A stretch of 62,864 nucleotides of DNA from Candidatus Woesearchaeota archaeon (GTDB lineage Archaea; Nanobdellota; Nanobdellia; Woesearchaeales; GW2011-AR9). The position numbers and the translations under genes were made by a program. Positions within the stretch are counted from its first letter, which is position 1. Every line of letters starts with the position of its first letter. The notes under the pieces are model-generated. The model saw nothing but the letters and a program-made list of their open reading frames with translations, did no database searches and had not been told where the DNA came from. The DNA lies in the NCBI GenBank assembly GCA_016185625.1, contig JACPND010000019.1, positions 1 to 62,864 of the forward strand, read 5' to 3'. This document shows positions 7,071 to 17,852 of the stretch, piece by piece.

Positions 7071-8210
7071 TTAATCCGGTGGACAGACTTTCAAATTTTT
7101 AAAATACCCCTCAGTATTCACAGTTGCAAACCCGAATTTTCCGGAGGTATTAATGGTGTCAGTGACCGTAAATTCCTCCTTCCCGTCAAGCATGGCTGTT
7201 ATTTGATTTCCATACGCTTTAACACCTAAAGTATGCCACTGTCCCATCTCACCGATGAAAGGGACAAAATAGAGTCCTTCATTAGCATAATCAATAGCAT
7301 TAAAATAAAGAGAGTTTCCTGAAGAGCATTCTCCGCTGGACATGCATTGCCCAGGCCAATTACCAAGCCACAGCGTATAGCCTGTGTTGTTGGGAGGATT
7401 CCCATTCGGAGTATACCTAAAAAAGAAATGTATTGCATGAGTTGTTCCAGGACTAACTAATTTCACATCGATGCTAGCTTGAAAATCAGCCCATTCCGGA
7501 GTATTCAGATAAGCTATCATTCCTGATGAACCAGTGGGAGTTACTTTGAGATAGCCATTTGGATCGAATGACCATATTCCGCTTTGCGTAACAAGATCGC
7601 TTAAATCAGCTTCCGTACTGAAATTATTTTGGTAGCAAGGAGGTGGTGATGGTTCCGAATCTGCTACTTCAATGATGTCCTTCTTTGGTTCAGTTATAGC
7701 TTCTTGGACCTTATCCGGAACAATATCTAATAGGTCTGAAAGATTGGTATCTTTTATGTCAGGAACTGTTAAGTCAGTGTCTTTTGTATCAAAAACTGCC
7801 AAATCAGGAGAACTCTTATCTGGAGCAGAACTATCATATGCGGTGTCCACTTCTGATACTTCCATTATAACGGTATCAATTTTCTGAGAATCTGGCGATG
7901 AATAGCTGTCTGCGACTTGATCCTTTGTTTCGGATATATAGGCTGAGGTATCAATTTCTTTAAAGTCAAACACTGAATAATTATCCTGATCTCTGCTCTC
8001 GGTTTCAAAAGGGAAATCACTATTCACCAAGTCTGGTCGTGCTAGAAGTTCTGGAGTTGTTTCTGGTTGAGGTGATGCATTGGTTATCTCATAGGTGTCT
8101 TTAAGCTTTCCTTTTTCTTCTTGTTCGGAAGGACGGTATCGGTCTTCCGGGAAACAGCCAACAGTAGAGAGAGCAAGGGCGATGGTGGCTAAGGTTTTTT
8201 TTAGGGCCAT
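7071..8210 (-). CDS. secreted lipoprotein with acidic linker and C-terminal ConA-like lectin/glucanase (DUF1080-like) domain
   Basis: Signal peptide ending STVGC. D/E/S/T-rich low-complexity region. The C-terminal beta-sandwich pattern (HFFFRY..., YTLWLGNW..., GKFGFATV...) is typical of LamG/DUF1080 domains. Confidence 0.55.
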   Translation of the reverse strand: MALKKTLATIALALSTVGCFPEDRYRPSEQEEKGKLKDTYEITNASPQPETTPELLARPDLVNSDFPFETESRDQDNYSVFDFKEIDTSAYISETKDQVADSYSSPDSQKIDTVIMEVSEVDTAYDSSAPDKSSPDLAVFDTKDTDLTVPDIKDTNLSDLLDIVPDKVQEAITEPKKDIIEVADSEPSPPPCYQNNFSTEADLSDLVTQSGIWSFDPNGYLKVTPTGSSGMIAYLNTPEWADFQASIDVKLVSPGTTHAIHFFFRYTPNGNPPNNTGYTLWLGNWPGQCMSSGECSSGNSLYFNAIDYANEGLYFVPFIGEMGQWHTLGVKAYGNQITAMLDGKEEFTVTDTINTSGKFGFATVNTEGYFKNLKVCPPD

Positions 8211-8257
8211 AGGGATTAAATTGCGGGGGTAAGTTATAAAGGTTATGATATATTTTT

Positions 8258-8869
8258 TTATACTCTCTCGGAAAGGTCGTTTACTCTCTTCTCAAAGTCA
8301 TTTATGATTACCAATAAACCAACCTGAGAGTGATATCCTTTACTAATGCTATCTTTATCCCAAGGGAAAGATTTCCATTTTTCATCTAAAATCTTATTTT
8401 TCTTAATTTTTATATCATTATGTAATAAGTAAGTTATAGTGTGCGAAATTAGAAGTATTAAAAGTAAAATCCCCAGCAAAGAACTGACTAAGAAAGCAAA
8501 ATATAAAATTTCCATAGAGACAAGAAGTAAAATGGTAAAGCTGACACTGATGCTAAAATGTCTCCAATAAATATGTGCTGTATCTCTGTCCTCCATGCCT
8601 TCTGGGAATATTTTACTAAATACTTTACTGTAGATTCTAAGTCCAAATAGGTAAATATGTGAACCTATTGCAAAAATAAAAACTAAAAAGAAAAATAAAA
8701 GAAGAAGGGGGTTATTTGCAATTATGGTTAATGAGAATAAACTATTCAAATTAGAAAAGTCAATCAATAGTAGGTATAAAAAGAATAGAGATCCCGATAC
8801 AAAAATTGAAGCATATTTTATAATAATCTCCAGATTTAATGGTGTTGATATCTCCCCTATTTTTCTCAC
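8258..8869 (-). CDS. multi-pass membrane protein (GTG start, overlaps upstream stop as GTGA)
   Basis: Four to five hydrophobic helices. Very AT-rich. Translationally coupled to 8866..11379. Confidence 0.5.
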   Translation of the reverse strand: MRKIGEISTPLNLEIIIKYASIFVSGSLFFLYLLLIDFSNLNSLFSLTIIANNPLLLLFFFLVFIFAIGSHIYLFGLRIYSKVFSKIFPEGMEDRDTAHIYWRHFSISVSFTILLLVSMEILYFAFLVSSLLGILLLILLISHTITYLLHNDIKIKKNKILDEKWKSFPWDKDSISKGYHSQVGLLVIINDFEKRVNDLSERV

Positions 8870-11379
8870 TTAATGTTAAAATTCCCCGTTCTCTGATTAT
8901 CATGCCTTTCAATCGGCCATAGTGCGTCTTTGTCTAACGGCTGTGTACCACAGACGGCGTAAACCCGGTTATTTACCGAATTGCAGAAATAAAGAGTTCC
9001 GTTATTTCCTATGGCTAAATTTGCTGGAGATATGCCATTCATTGTTTTGTTATCAAAATTTTGACTCCAAAGTTCTTCTCCGTTCTTTGGATTTAATGCG
9101 AATAAGCCAGCTTCTCCGAAAACGTAAAGCGTTCTTTCTGTTTGTATGTCTCCATTCACTTCTGTTGATTTTGAGGCAATGGCAACGTCGGAAGTATTAT
9201 CCTTAATACCGTTTTGCCAGTAAACATTACCATTTTTAGTTAGAGATCCGTGTCTTGAGTATAAATTACCTTCTGCATCAATAACCGGAAGCTTGTCACC
9301 TACTTTTTCCTGAATCCATATAACTTGTTCATTTGTGGGATGGTATTTTACTAATTGATCATTCGATGTTGTGAAATATAAATTCCCCTCATTATCAAAT
9401 ATGGGGTAACTGGTTATACTACTTTTGATGATAGACGACAAATCTTTCTTCCACTTTTCAGTTCCATTGGGATTTATAGCATAAAGTGTGTAGTTATTGG
9501 CTGCATAAATAGTTTCTTTTGGACCAACGGATGTACCTACATGATTGTAACCAGGATTATATTCCCATTGTTCTTTGCCATTGAGATTTATTGCAGAGAA
9601 AAAGCCGCGATATTTATTAGCCCAGTCGTAATCTGCTAAATTAGCACTTACATAAGCAGTTCCGGCAAGTGAAACTGTAATTTGAAATATACCCCCGCTA
9701 TCAGCATCGCCACTTGCCCCACCCCCCTCTAAGTCTGGGAGATATTGTACCCAATTTTCTTTTAGAATATCACTTGAAATGGACGTTACTTTCAAATTGT
9801 AATACTTATCATCTCTTACGTATACGGCGCCGTTGTTACTAATAGTTGGGTCTATTGCAATTTTGCCATCTCCGTAAAGCTTGAGATTTCCATCTGTTGG
9901 ATTTAGAGCATACAAGAAACCTTTATCATCATTTACAAAGATAGTCCCATTATGGCCTAGAGCTATGAAGGGATACTTTTCAATACTACATTTTAATTTT
10001 GATACCCCGTCTACCCCGTCTGCTGAACTCCATAGCACACTACCAGCCTTAACATTTGGATTGTTGTCATCACAATCCCAGCTGTTCTTTACATAACCTT
10101 CTGGCTGTTGACAAGACGGCGGCATTAAACTATCCGGGTCACCATCTCCGTCACCATCAGAGTCCTTAAACCATACAAATTGCTCAAATCCTTCATCAAT
10201 TTTTCCATCACAGTTATCATCTATTAAATTACAAATTTCCTTTGCCGTTGGATTTACGGCTGGATTCGAATCGTTGCAATCAGTTGCCAGCTTGACATAG
10301 CCAACTGGTTGCTTGCAATCATTGATGATGGCATCTAAAGTTCCAAAGCCATCGTTGTCATTGTCAAAGTACCAGTTTATAGATACAACGTTGTCATCTT
10401 TGACCCCATTACAATCATTGTCAATGCCGTCGCAAAGTTCAGGTTCTGGCTTTGGTGCATCACATTTCCATTCTCCATTAACACATTCTTCAGACCATTC
10501 ACCGCAGCCCATATCGCACTTTTTCGTTAGATTCTCATCAGTTTGACCATTGCAATCATTATCTAAACCATCACATTGTTCTTTGGTAGGCCACACGTAG
10601 CCAATACACTCGCTCAAGACGCCGTTTGTACAATTTCGTATGCCGTATTCGCATTCGCCAGCATCGGTTTCGCCACAGTTTTGAGGAATTCCATCAATGC
10701 ACTCGCACCCCTCGTCTACTGTTTTATCGCAGTTGTCATCTATGCCGTTGCATAGTTCTGGAAATTCTGGAATACCTGGTCTTATTTTAGGATTGTCATC
10801 ATCACAATCGCCTTGAACATCAACAAAACCTTCTGGTTTACAGTAATTATCTATTTCGCCCAATCCCCCATACTCGTCGCCGTCGTTGTCTTGATACCAC
10901 TTTTTGAGTTTTAACTTATGTTCTTGAAAAGGATCAGATATTTTATCATTAAATCCAGGTTTATCAGTAGAACCATCACAATTATCATCAATGCCGTTGC
11001 ATCCTTCTTCGGCATAAGGATTAATAGGCTTAACCTCGTCATTGCAGTCATCTGCATTATCGGCATAGTTTTCCGGTTTGTCTTTTGGGCAATAAAATTT
11101 TGATGGTTTATTAGGATCTCCAAAATGGTCTTTATCACCATCATAAAAGAACTCTTTTTCTTCACATTTAGTTTCTGCTTCATGTTGAACATCATTATAA
11201 ACTGAAACACTATTCCCAAATCTTATCTCTTGGCGGTTATTTTCTAATTCATAAATGTCTTGCTCGGCAGTGATATCAATATTTTTTTGCGCATTGCCAG
11301 AGATATCATTACTGCCGCAAGATAAAGCAATGGCTGACAATCCGGGTACTAATATTTTTTGTATGATTTTTTCTAGCAT
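8866..11379 (-). CDS. surface lipoprotein: MopE-like Cys/Asp repeats plus C-terminal PQQ/BamB-like beta-propeller
   Basis: Start taken at MLEKIIQKILVPGLSAIALSCGSN, homologous to its neighbours' N-termini and 1 nt after the upstream stop. Repeats CNGIDDNCDG..DE and DGDGFG. Propeller repeats such as LYALNPTDG, LYAINPNGTEKW, LFALNPKNGEELW. Confidence 0.7.
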   Translation of the reverse strand: MLEKIIQKILVPGLSAIALSCGSNDISGNAQKNIDITAEQDIYELENNRQEIRFGNSVSVYNDVQHEAETKCEEKEFFYDGDKDHFGDPNKPSKFYCPKDKPENYADNADDCNDEVKPINPYAEEGCNGIDDNCDGSTDKPGFNDKISDPFQEHKLKLKKWYQDNDGDEYGGLGEIDNYCKPEGFVDVQGDCDDDNPKIRPGIPEFPELCNGIDDNCDKTVDEGCECIDGIPQNCGETDAGECEYGIRNCTNGVLSECIGYVWPTKEQCDGLDNDCNGQTDENLTKKCDMGCGEWSEECVNGEWKCDAPKPEPELCDGIDNDCNGVKDDNVVSINWYFDNDNDGFGTLDAIINDCKQPVGYVKLATDCNDSNPAVNPTAKEICNLIDDNCDGKIDEGFEQFVWFKDSDGDGDGDPDSLMPPSCQQPEGYVKNSWDCDDNNPNVKAGSVLWSSADGVDGVSKLKCSIEKYPFIALGHNGTIFVNDDKGFLYALNPTDGNLKLYGDGKIAIDPTISNNGAVYVRDDKYYNLKVTSISSDILKENWVQYLPDLEGGGASGDADSGGIFQITVSLAGTAYVSANLADYDWANKYRGFFSAINLNGKEQWEYNPGYNHVGTSVGPKETIYAANNYTLYAINPNGTEKWKKDLSSIIKSSITSYPIFDNEGNLYFTTSNDQLVKYHPTNEQVIWIQEKVGDKLPVIDAEGNLYSRHGSLTKNGNVYWQNGIKDNTSDVAIASKSTEVNGDIQTERTLYVFGEAGLFALNPKNGEELWSQNFDNKTMNGISPANLAIGNNGTLYFCNSVNNRVYAVCGTQPLDKDALWPIERHDNQRTGNFNIK

Positions 11380-11380
11380 T

Positions 11381-13459
11381 TTAATCCGCCTTCCCGCATT
11401 TTCCTGATTTTGCAACAAATTTTCCATCTGAGCATTCAGACCAACCATCGCAGTCTAGCGAGATGTAAGCTTTAGTAAACCACTCTTTAATCTGTGGATA
11501 GTCAGATCCTATATGTAAATATTCCCCTACTCCTGCTGTTAAAATTCCTAAGTAGTTTGGATTAGCAAATCCAAATCCCAACGCACAAATCTCAATATTA
11601 TTGTTGTTTGCTTTTTCATTTAGCAGCTCGGGAGCATCACTAGATTGGCCGTCAGTAAAAAGAACAATAGCTCTTTGTCGTTCATTATCTTGGAATTGAC
11701 CTATTGCTGCAAGAACTGCCTTACCAATTTCAGTTCCACCGCCAACGCCTAGAGCTTTCACTCCGTCAAGATATTCTTCAAGTTCGACTTTATCCGAAGT
11801 AAATGAATATTGGTTAAAAGGATAAAACTCGTGGTCAAAAGCAATCATTATACCTCGGTCTTTTTGATTCCAGACTTGGATTACGCTTTCCAACCCATTA
11901 TAGACATAACCAATACTACCCTCCATGCTTCCAGATTTATCAATTACGAATACAATATCATAACCTAAGTTTGTACACTTTGTTTTATCAATAACTATAT
12001 CAGTCAACCCATCACAATCATCGTCAACGCCATTACAGATTTCTTCCATATTTGGATTAACATTGGGATTATCACAGTTGCAATCATCTGAGATCGCAAC
12101 ATATCCTTCTGGCTGTTGGCAATAGAAATCTGATTCGTCAGAGCATCCAAATCCATCTCCGTCAGAATCTTTATAGTATTTAGTTAAACCAAGTAATTCA
12201 TTGTTATTGCCGTCGCAATTATTGTCAATATTATCGCATATTTCAACAGCATTGGGGTTAATGTCTGGATTATCACAATCACAATCATCCCCATTGGTTA
12301 CATATCCCTCCATTAGTTGTTCACACTGTTCTTTTAAGATGTCACTAGGGCATCCAAAGCCATCATTATCAGAATCTTTATATAGGATGTATTTTGTGAA
12401 CCCCTCATCTGTTGCCCCGTCACAATCATCATCCTTACCATTACAAATTTCTGGTTCCAGTTGTGGAGCAGTACAATTAACATAAATTCCATTTAGACAG
12501 GTTTCAAATCCATTTTCTTCACAAAGGTTAGAACAATCTTGAGTTAGGTTTTCATCAGTCTGACCATCACAATTATTATCTAATCCGTCACATTCTTCCT
12601 TGGTTGGATTAATTGCTCCCTTACACTCGCCCCACGTTCCCTCAAGACACTTCTGAACGCCATAACTACATTCACCAACATTGGAAGTACCGCAAGGTTC
12701 GGTTTTTCCATTAATACAGGCGCATTTCTCATCTATCGTACCATCAGAGTTATTATCAATCCCGTCACAGATTTCGGGTATATTGGGATTAACATTGGGA
12801 CTTGTATCGTCGGTGTCATTAGGATTTTGTACATAGCCATTATCAGGATGGGTACAAAATAACTTTTTACCGTTAGGATCACCAAACCCATCTCCATCAT
12901 TGTCTTTATACCATTGAGAATGAATTAATCCTTCATTTACGCCATCATCCCCAGGATCGCAGAGTATACCATCCTTATTGGTATCCTCTTCACAATCACA
13001 ATTATCATCTACGTCATTGCATATTTCTGCCGCAGCTGGATTACGATAAGGATTATCATCGTCACAATCATTAAGTGGGGGATTTGAAGGAATCTGGCAA
13101 GCTTTAGCCCAATTTTTATAGGCTTGGCTCCCAGTATCAATATAACCATCTTTGTCTTTATCGGTCTCCGAATTTAGATAAGTGCTGCAATCAATCTCAT
13201 TCTCAGTATCCTTTGAAGATTCTTCTACTGTAGAATCTTGTTGATCAACGGAATAATTATCTGCTTTTGGAGTAGAAGAATCTGGTTTTGAATAAACCCA
13301 CCCATTTATGCTGCTGCCAGTATCACCACTAACATTGATTCTGTTATTATCGTTAGCACCTATATTATCACCACAACCATGCAGGCCTAAAAGTAAGGAC
13401 GTGGTGAGCAGAGTTCTTCTGAACGGTATTTTTTGAAGTATTTTTTCTAGCATTTTCAT
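11381..13459 (-). CDS. surface lipoprotein: MopE-like Cys/Asp repeats plus von Willebrand factor A domain
   Basis: Signal plus GCGDN lipobox. Repeats CDGxDNNCDG. VWA MIDAS DKSGSM and LFTDGQSSD. Confidence 0.7.
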   Translation of the reverse strand: MKMLEKILQKIPFRRTLLTTSLLLGLHGCGDNIGANDNNRINVSGDTGSSINGWVYSKPDSSTPKADNYSVDQQDSTVEESSKDTENEIDCSTYLNSETDKDKDGYIDTGSQAYKNWAKACQIPSNPPLNDCDDDNPYRNPAAAEICNDVDDNCDCEEDTNKDGILCDPGDDGVNEGLIHSQWYKDNDGDGFGDPNGKKLFCTHPDNGYVQNPNDTDDTSPNVNPNIPEICDGIDNNSDGTIDEKCACINGKTEPCGTSNVGECSYGVQKCLEGTWGECKGAINPTKEECDGLDNNCDGQTDENLTQDCSNLCEENGFETCLNGIYVNCTAPQLEPEICNGKDDDCDGATDEGFTKYILYKDSDNDGFGCPSDILKEQCEQLMEGYVTNGDDCDCDNPDINPNAVEICDNIDNNCDGNNNELLGLTKYYKDSDGDGFGCSDESDFYCQQPEGYVAISDDCNCDNPNVNPNMEEICNGVDDDCDGLTDIVIDKTKCTNLGYDIVFVIDKSGSMEGSIGYVYNGLESVIQVWNQKDRGIMIAFDHEFYPFNQYSFTSDKVELEEYLDGVKALGVGGGTEIGKAVLAAIGQFQDNERQRAIVLFTDGQSSDAPELLNEKANNNNIEICALGFGFANPNYLGILTAGVGEYLHIGSDYPQIKEWFTKAYISLDCDGWSECSDGKFVAKSGKCGKAD

Positions 13460-13472
13460 TCTTCCGTTATCA

Positions 13473-15272
13473 TTATTGGCACTGCCCTTTCAGACAGCCA
13501 TTCAGGCAATAAGTCTTCCCTTGAAGCTGACAATTACTTTCCTGAAATACTTTATATATTGTGTCAAAACATTTCCAGCCTTCAGTACAGTCGGAAGTCT
13601 TATTCTGGACGGCATATTCATCCGTTGGTTCTTCACACGACAAATCACAAGTAAACATTATATCAAAGTCGTCTAAATTTATGTTTGAAGCGCTCACAAA
13701 TTTGTAACACTCGCCTTGCCATTTTAGAGTGAAACAGGCTTTATCTTCACACATCCCAACAGCATATTCGAGCGTTTCACCGGTATTGACACTCTTTATC
13801 TTAATTTTTGGACTACTTTTAGTAGATTTGTCTGCACCTTTGTACTCAAATATTTGACTATCAAGACCAAATATCTCTCCTTTAGAGAATATATCGTTAC
13901 AAGCTAATGCACTAAGTTCTTTACACACACCGTTTATATAATAACTGGCAAAAGAATCGTCGCAATCTAATTTATTATCTATAAATCCTTCTGGTTTCCC
14001 GCAATCAAACATGAAAACATCTGGATTGCCAAAACCATCACCATCGACATCCTCATAGAACTTACTGAATGGCAGCCCTTCGTCAACAGAACTGTTACAA
14101 TTATTATCTAAACCGTCACACACTTCTACAGCACCGGGATTGATGTATTTATCATTATCATTGCAATCTCCAGATTTAGGCGCATAGCCTTCTTCTAACT
14201 CTTTACAATCAACCTTAAACGTAGATGAGCCAAAACCATCACTGTCAGCATCTTTATATCCCGTTGTAAATACCAAGCCTTCATCTATTGCCCCATTACA
14301 ATTATCATCCTCTCCATTACATATCTCTTCTTTCGGTTTTGGTGCAGTACAATTAACATAACTTCCGTTTACACAAGTTTTATCTCCAGGTCCACACTGG
14401 TTTGAACAATCTTGAGTTAGATTTTCATCTGTAAGACCATTGCAGTTATTATCCAACCCATCACATTCTTCTTCAACTGGATTTATTGCTCCTTTGCACT
14501 CGCCCCACGTTCCTTCAACACACTTTTGAACTCCATAACCACATTCACCACCATCAGTAAGACCGCATTTCTGAGTAGTTCCATCAATACACTCGCACGT
14601 CTCATCTACATTATTATCACAGTTATCATCTATACCGTTGCATAGTTCTAAAGCAACGGGATTAAGATAGCTGTTATTGTCATTACAGTCATCTTTATTC
14701 TTAACATATCCTTTGGTTGGTTCGTTACAAAATAATTTCTCTAAGCCGCCGGAGTTACCAAATCCGTCTCCATCGTTGTCTTTATGCCAAGGGAAACGGA
14801 GAAAGCCTTCATCGGCATTACCATTACAATTGTCGTCTATGCCATTACAGGTTTCTTTAGCAAAAGGATGAATCTTATCATTACTATCATTACAATCCCC
14901 ATTCCAATCCTCATTCCATGGATCTGGAACGGAGATGTAGCCTCCTGGTGGATTACATGCTTCTATACCGTATTTAATCGGGAAGCCATCTTCATCTCCA
15001 TCCCAGTAGAATTTTTTCTTCTCGCAAGCCGGCTCAATAATTTCTTCGGAGAAACCATCTTGATAAGTTACTTCATCTTTCCCTACAAATTCGTCAATTC
15101 GTCCAGCGTCAGCTTCATTTCCGCTCAAATCAGTTGCTTCATACGTAGAATCAGGATTGATGATATTCTTAGGAGTGTTAGATAGCTCAGAATTCCCACA
15201 ACCCGACAACGTGTACACCAGCGCAGATATCTTTACAACGGGGGCGAATGATCGTAACAGTTTCTCCAGCAT
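13473..15272 (-). CDS. surface lipoprotein: MopE-like Cys/Asp repeats plus Cys-rich C-terminal domain
   Basis: Start at MLEKLLRSF...SGCGNS. Same repeat units as the two downstream paralogues. Confidence 0.65.
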   Translation of the reverse strand: MLEKLLRSFAPVVKISALVYTLSGCGNSELSNTPKNIINPDSTYEATDLSGNEADAGRIDEFVGKDEVTYQDGFSEEIIEPACEKKKFYWDGDEDGFPIKYGIEACNPPGGYISVPDPWNEDWNGDCNDSNDKIHPFAKETCNGIDDNCNGNADEGFLRFPWHKDNDGDGFGNSGGLEKLFCNEPTKGYVKNKDDCNDNNSYLNPVALELCNGIDDNCDNNVDETCECIDGTTQKCGLTDGGECGYGVQKCVEGTWGECKGAINPVEEECDGLDNNCNGLTDENLTQDCSNQCGPGDKTCVNGSYVNCTAPKPKEEICNGEDDNCNGAIDEGLVFTTGYKDADSDGFGSSTFKVDCKELEEGYAPKSGDCNDNDKYINPGAVEVCDGLDNNCNSSVDEGLPFSKFYEDVDGDGFGNPDVFMFDCGKPEGFIDNKLDCDDSFASYYINGVCKELSALACNDIFSKGEIFGLDSQIFEYKGADKSTKSSPKIKIKSVNTGETLEYAVGMCEDKACFTLKWQGECYKFVSASNINLDDFDIMFTCDLSCEEPTDEYAVQNKTSDCTEGWKCFDTIYKVFQESNCQLQGKTYCLNGCLKGQCQ

Positions 15273-15398
15273 ATCTTCTCCCACACACCATTCACCACTG
15301 GGATATAGGTACTTACTTATAAATCTTTTGGTATTTCAGTAGTTTTTCGGTATTTATTCAGAACTATCATTAAATTACCGAAACAGTTCTGGAATTAG

Positions 15399-15662
15399 AT
15401 GGACAAAGAACTGATTAACGATTATTCATGGATCCTGCGCGGCAAGCAGCGACGCACCATCCTGAAATTCTTGAACGCCCCAAAAACACCGACGCTGATC
15501 ATGGAGGAGACGAAGATAAAAGTAAGCAACGTCTCCGATGTCTTGCGAGCCATGGAAAATTACGGCCTGGCAAAATGTCTGAATCCAAAAGAGAAACAGG
15601 GAAGATTGTATCAACTGACGAAGAAAGGCAAGAAAGTTCGTGAAATGCTGTATCCGGAGTAG
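15399..15662 (+). CDS. small winged-helix transcriptional regulator
   Basis: 87 aa; RRTILKFL....TPTLIMEET..KVSNVSDVLRAMENYGL fits the wHTH pattern. TATA CATTAAAT about 30 nt upstream. Confidence 0.55.
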   Translation: MDKELINDYSWILRGKQRRTILKFLNAPKTPTLIMEETKIKVSNVSDVLRAMENYGLAKCLNPKEKQGRLYQLTKKGKKVREMLYPE

Positions 15663-15757
15663 GAAGTGTTTGACGAGATAGGGGAATAATAGTAAGAGCA
15701 TATTGTTCATCCATAGTGAACAAAAAGTAGTCTTTTTGTGCAATTATAATGAAAACA

Positions 15758-15765
15758 TTTATAAA
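15758..15765 (+). promoter_or_regulatory. TATA box (AACATTTATAAAT) 29 nt before ATG 15787
   Basis: Matches the window consensus. Confidence 0.6.
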
Positions 15766-15786
15766 TAACCCAGTTATTACCTGGTT

Positions 15787-17049
15787 ATGCTATCCGAAGC
15801 AGAAATAAAAGAAATACTGGTACGGCAAAGAGAAACTATCCTTAACAAGAAGTACGGCTTAGAAAGAACGGTCTTAAAAGAAGTTGAGTCCAAGCTCAAA
15901 TTACCGCATATTGTCGTTTTAACCGGTCTAAGAAGAAGCGGCAAGTCCACTTTATTAAGGCAGTTAATACAAAAACAATATCAAGATGAGGACTTTTATT
16001 ACCTCAACTTTGAAGATGAAAGATTGTTCAATTTCCCGGCAAGTGAATTTAATAAGCTTTACGAAGGATTAATAGCTCTCTATGGAAAAAAGAAAACCTT
16101 CTTTCTCGATGAAATCCAAAACGTAACTCATTTTGAGACTTTTGTAAGAAGGTTTTATGAAGAAGGATTTAAATTTTTCATAATCGGCTCCAGCGCCACG
16201 CTATTGAGCAAAGAATTAGGAACAAAACTTACCGGCAGGCACGTGGACATCATTGTCCGGCCCTTCTCCTTTTTGGAATTTCTAGAATTAAAAGGAATTA
16301 AGATAAATAAAGAAGCTATGTACAAAACTGAGACCAAAGTAGAAATTAAAAAATATTTTGAAGAGTATTTGATAAAAGGGGGCATGCCAGAATATCTGAT
16401 TCATGACGATCCCGAGATCTTAACCAGAGTTTATGAAGACACCATCATCAAAGACATTGCGGTTCGGTATAAAGTAAAGGATGTCGTAGTTCTAAAGCAG
16501 TTATATTCTTACTTAATCTATAATTTTGCGAATAAGTTCAGTTATAATTCCCTTAAGAAGTTTATGGCCATAAATAGCGTCAACACTATTAAAAAATTTA
16601 TATCCTATCTCGAGGAAACTTATTTCGCCAAAACAATCCATAAATTTGATTATTCATTTAAGAAACAGATCCTGAGCGATAAGAAGTTTTATGTTTTAGA
16701 TAATGGATTTATGGGAGTTCTTTCCAAAAAAATAACGAAAGACAATGGATGGCTATTGGAAAATTTAGTTTTCAATTGCTTACATAAAGATTATGAAGTA
16801 TTTTATTATTCTGGTGAAAAAGAGTGTGATTTTCTCACGGTCAAAAACAAAGAAATAAAACAAGCGATACAGGTTTGTCATGAATTAAATGACGAAAATA
16901 AAGAAAGGGAACTTTCCGGATTAAAAGAAGCAATGGCGAAATTCAAGCTTAAGGAAGGATTGCTTTTGACTAATAGTCAGGAAGAAGAAATAAGATCAGA
17001 TGGAAAAAAGATAATTATTAAGCCGGTTTGGAAATGGCTGCTGGAGTGA
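15787..17049 (+). CDS. AAA-type ATPase of the AAA_14/DUF4143 family
   Basis: Walker A GLRRSGKST, Walker B FFLDEIQ. C-terminal DUF4143-like region with CDFL. Confidence 0.75.
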   Translation: MLSEAEIKEILVRQRETILNKKYGLERTVLKEVESKLKLPHIVVLTGLRRSGKSTLLRQLIQKQYQDEDFYYLNFEDERLFNFPASEFNKLYEGLIALYGKKKTFFLDEIQNVTHFETFVRRFYEEGFKFFIIGSSATLLSKELGTKLTGRHVDIIVRPFSFLEFLELKGIKINKEAMYKTETKVEIKKYFEEYLIKGGMPEYLIHDDPEILTRVYEDTIIKDIAVRYKVKDVVVLKQLYSYLIYNFANKFSYNSLKKFMAINSVNTIKKFISYLEETYFAKTIHKFDYSFKKQILSDKKFYVLDNGFMGVLSKKITKDNGWLLENLVFNCLHKDYEVFYYSGEKECDFLTVKNKEIKQAIQVCHELNDENKERELSGLKEAMAKFKLKEGLLLTNSQEEEIRSDGKKIIIKPVWKWLLE

Positions 17050-17288
17050 AACGGAAGCAACTAGAGAATCCTCATATTCACGTGGTTACTGGAAACGGTA
17101 TGTGGACATGATTGAAGACAAATTGTATGTGCCTCACGAATTATTCACCGAAGATGATGCTGAGAAAGCGTTAAGTGACTGTAATATGTCTTGCAGAAGA
17201 TAAAAGGATGCATCTAGAAGTTAAAATTATCAAAACCAAAGACTTTATTTGAAAAACCTTTATATACGTGAATACTTCTTATTGCCTT

Positions 17289-17852
17289 ATGGACCTTCGT
17301 GAGTTAAAAAAAGAGGTAGAGAAACTTCCCAATCTGGAACTGGATGCCAAGAAGCTTAACGAGTCATTAATCCGCCCCATCCGGACAGGAATCCTGCCTT
17401 TCTGGCCGACAATACAAAAGGATCAAAAGCGTGAGATCAATCGCCATATCACGAGAATAGCGGATCTGCTGCCAGCCCTGAAAAGCGGGCAGTTCGTGAA
17501 TGAAAAGTTGAGGCAATATGCTCATTATCTTATCGAACTGAAATTGGCGACGATAAACGGCCATGAACAGAAGAAGAGATTACTGGTGCAGCACCTGCTG
17601 AATGATAATGTGCTGAGTTTGCAGCAGACGATTGCTGATGTTTCCTCATTCCAACAGACCATTTCACTCCTTAAGCAGTATTACGAAGAAGCCTCAGCAA
17701 CGATAGATAGGAATCTGAAGCTGGAAGATCGGGTGGCGTTCCAGGAATTGCCGCATCGAAGACATATGAAGAAGATTGAACAGACGGCCCAAGATCAGCA
17801 AAAGTTAGCAAGTGCTTTGGGCAAGCATTTTGTGGTATTGGCGAGGAGATGA
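17289..17852 (+). CDS. hypothetical coiled-coil protein
   Basis: ATG 17289 lies about 30 nt from TATA CCTTTATATA; the track's GTG 17268 falls within that spacing. Stop overlaps the next start (ATGA). Confidence 0.45.
   Translation: MDLRELKKEVEKLPNLELDAKKLNESLIRPIRTGILPFWPTIQKDQKREINRHITRIADLLPALKSGQFVNEKLRQYAHYLIELKLATINGHEQKKRLLVQHLLNDNVLSLQQTIADVSSFQQTISLLKQYYEEASATIDRNLKLEDRVAFQELPHRRHMKKIEQTAQDQQKLASALGKHFVVLARR

Noticed and set aside
14784-15185. Antisense or embedded ORFs inside large genes, such as 14784..15185, 12201..12485, 37167..37751, 44814..45293, 26315..26689 and 33228..33725.
   Set aside because: They lie opposite or out of frame within genes that have strong motif support, and their composition is low-complexity. 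They are typical shadow ORFs.
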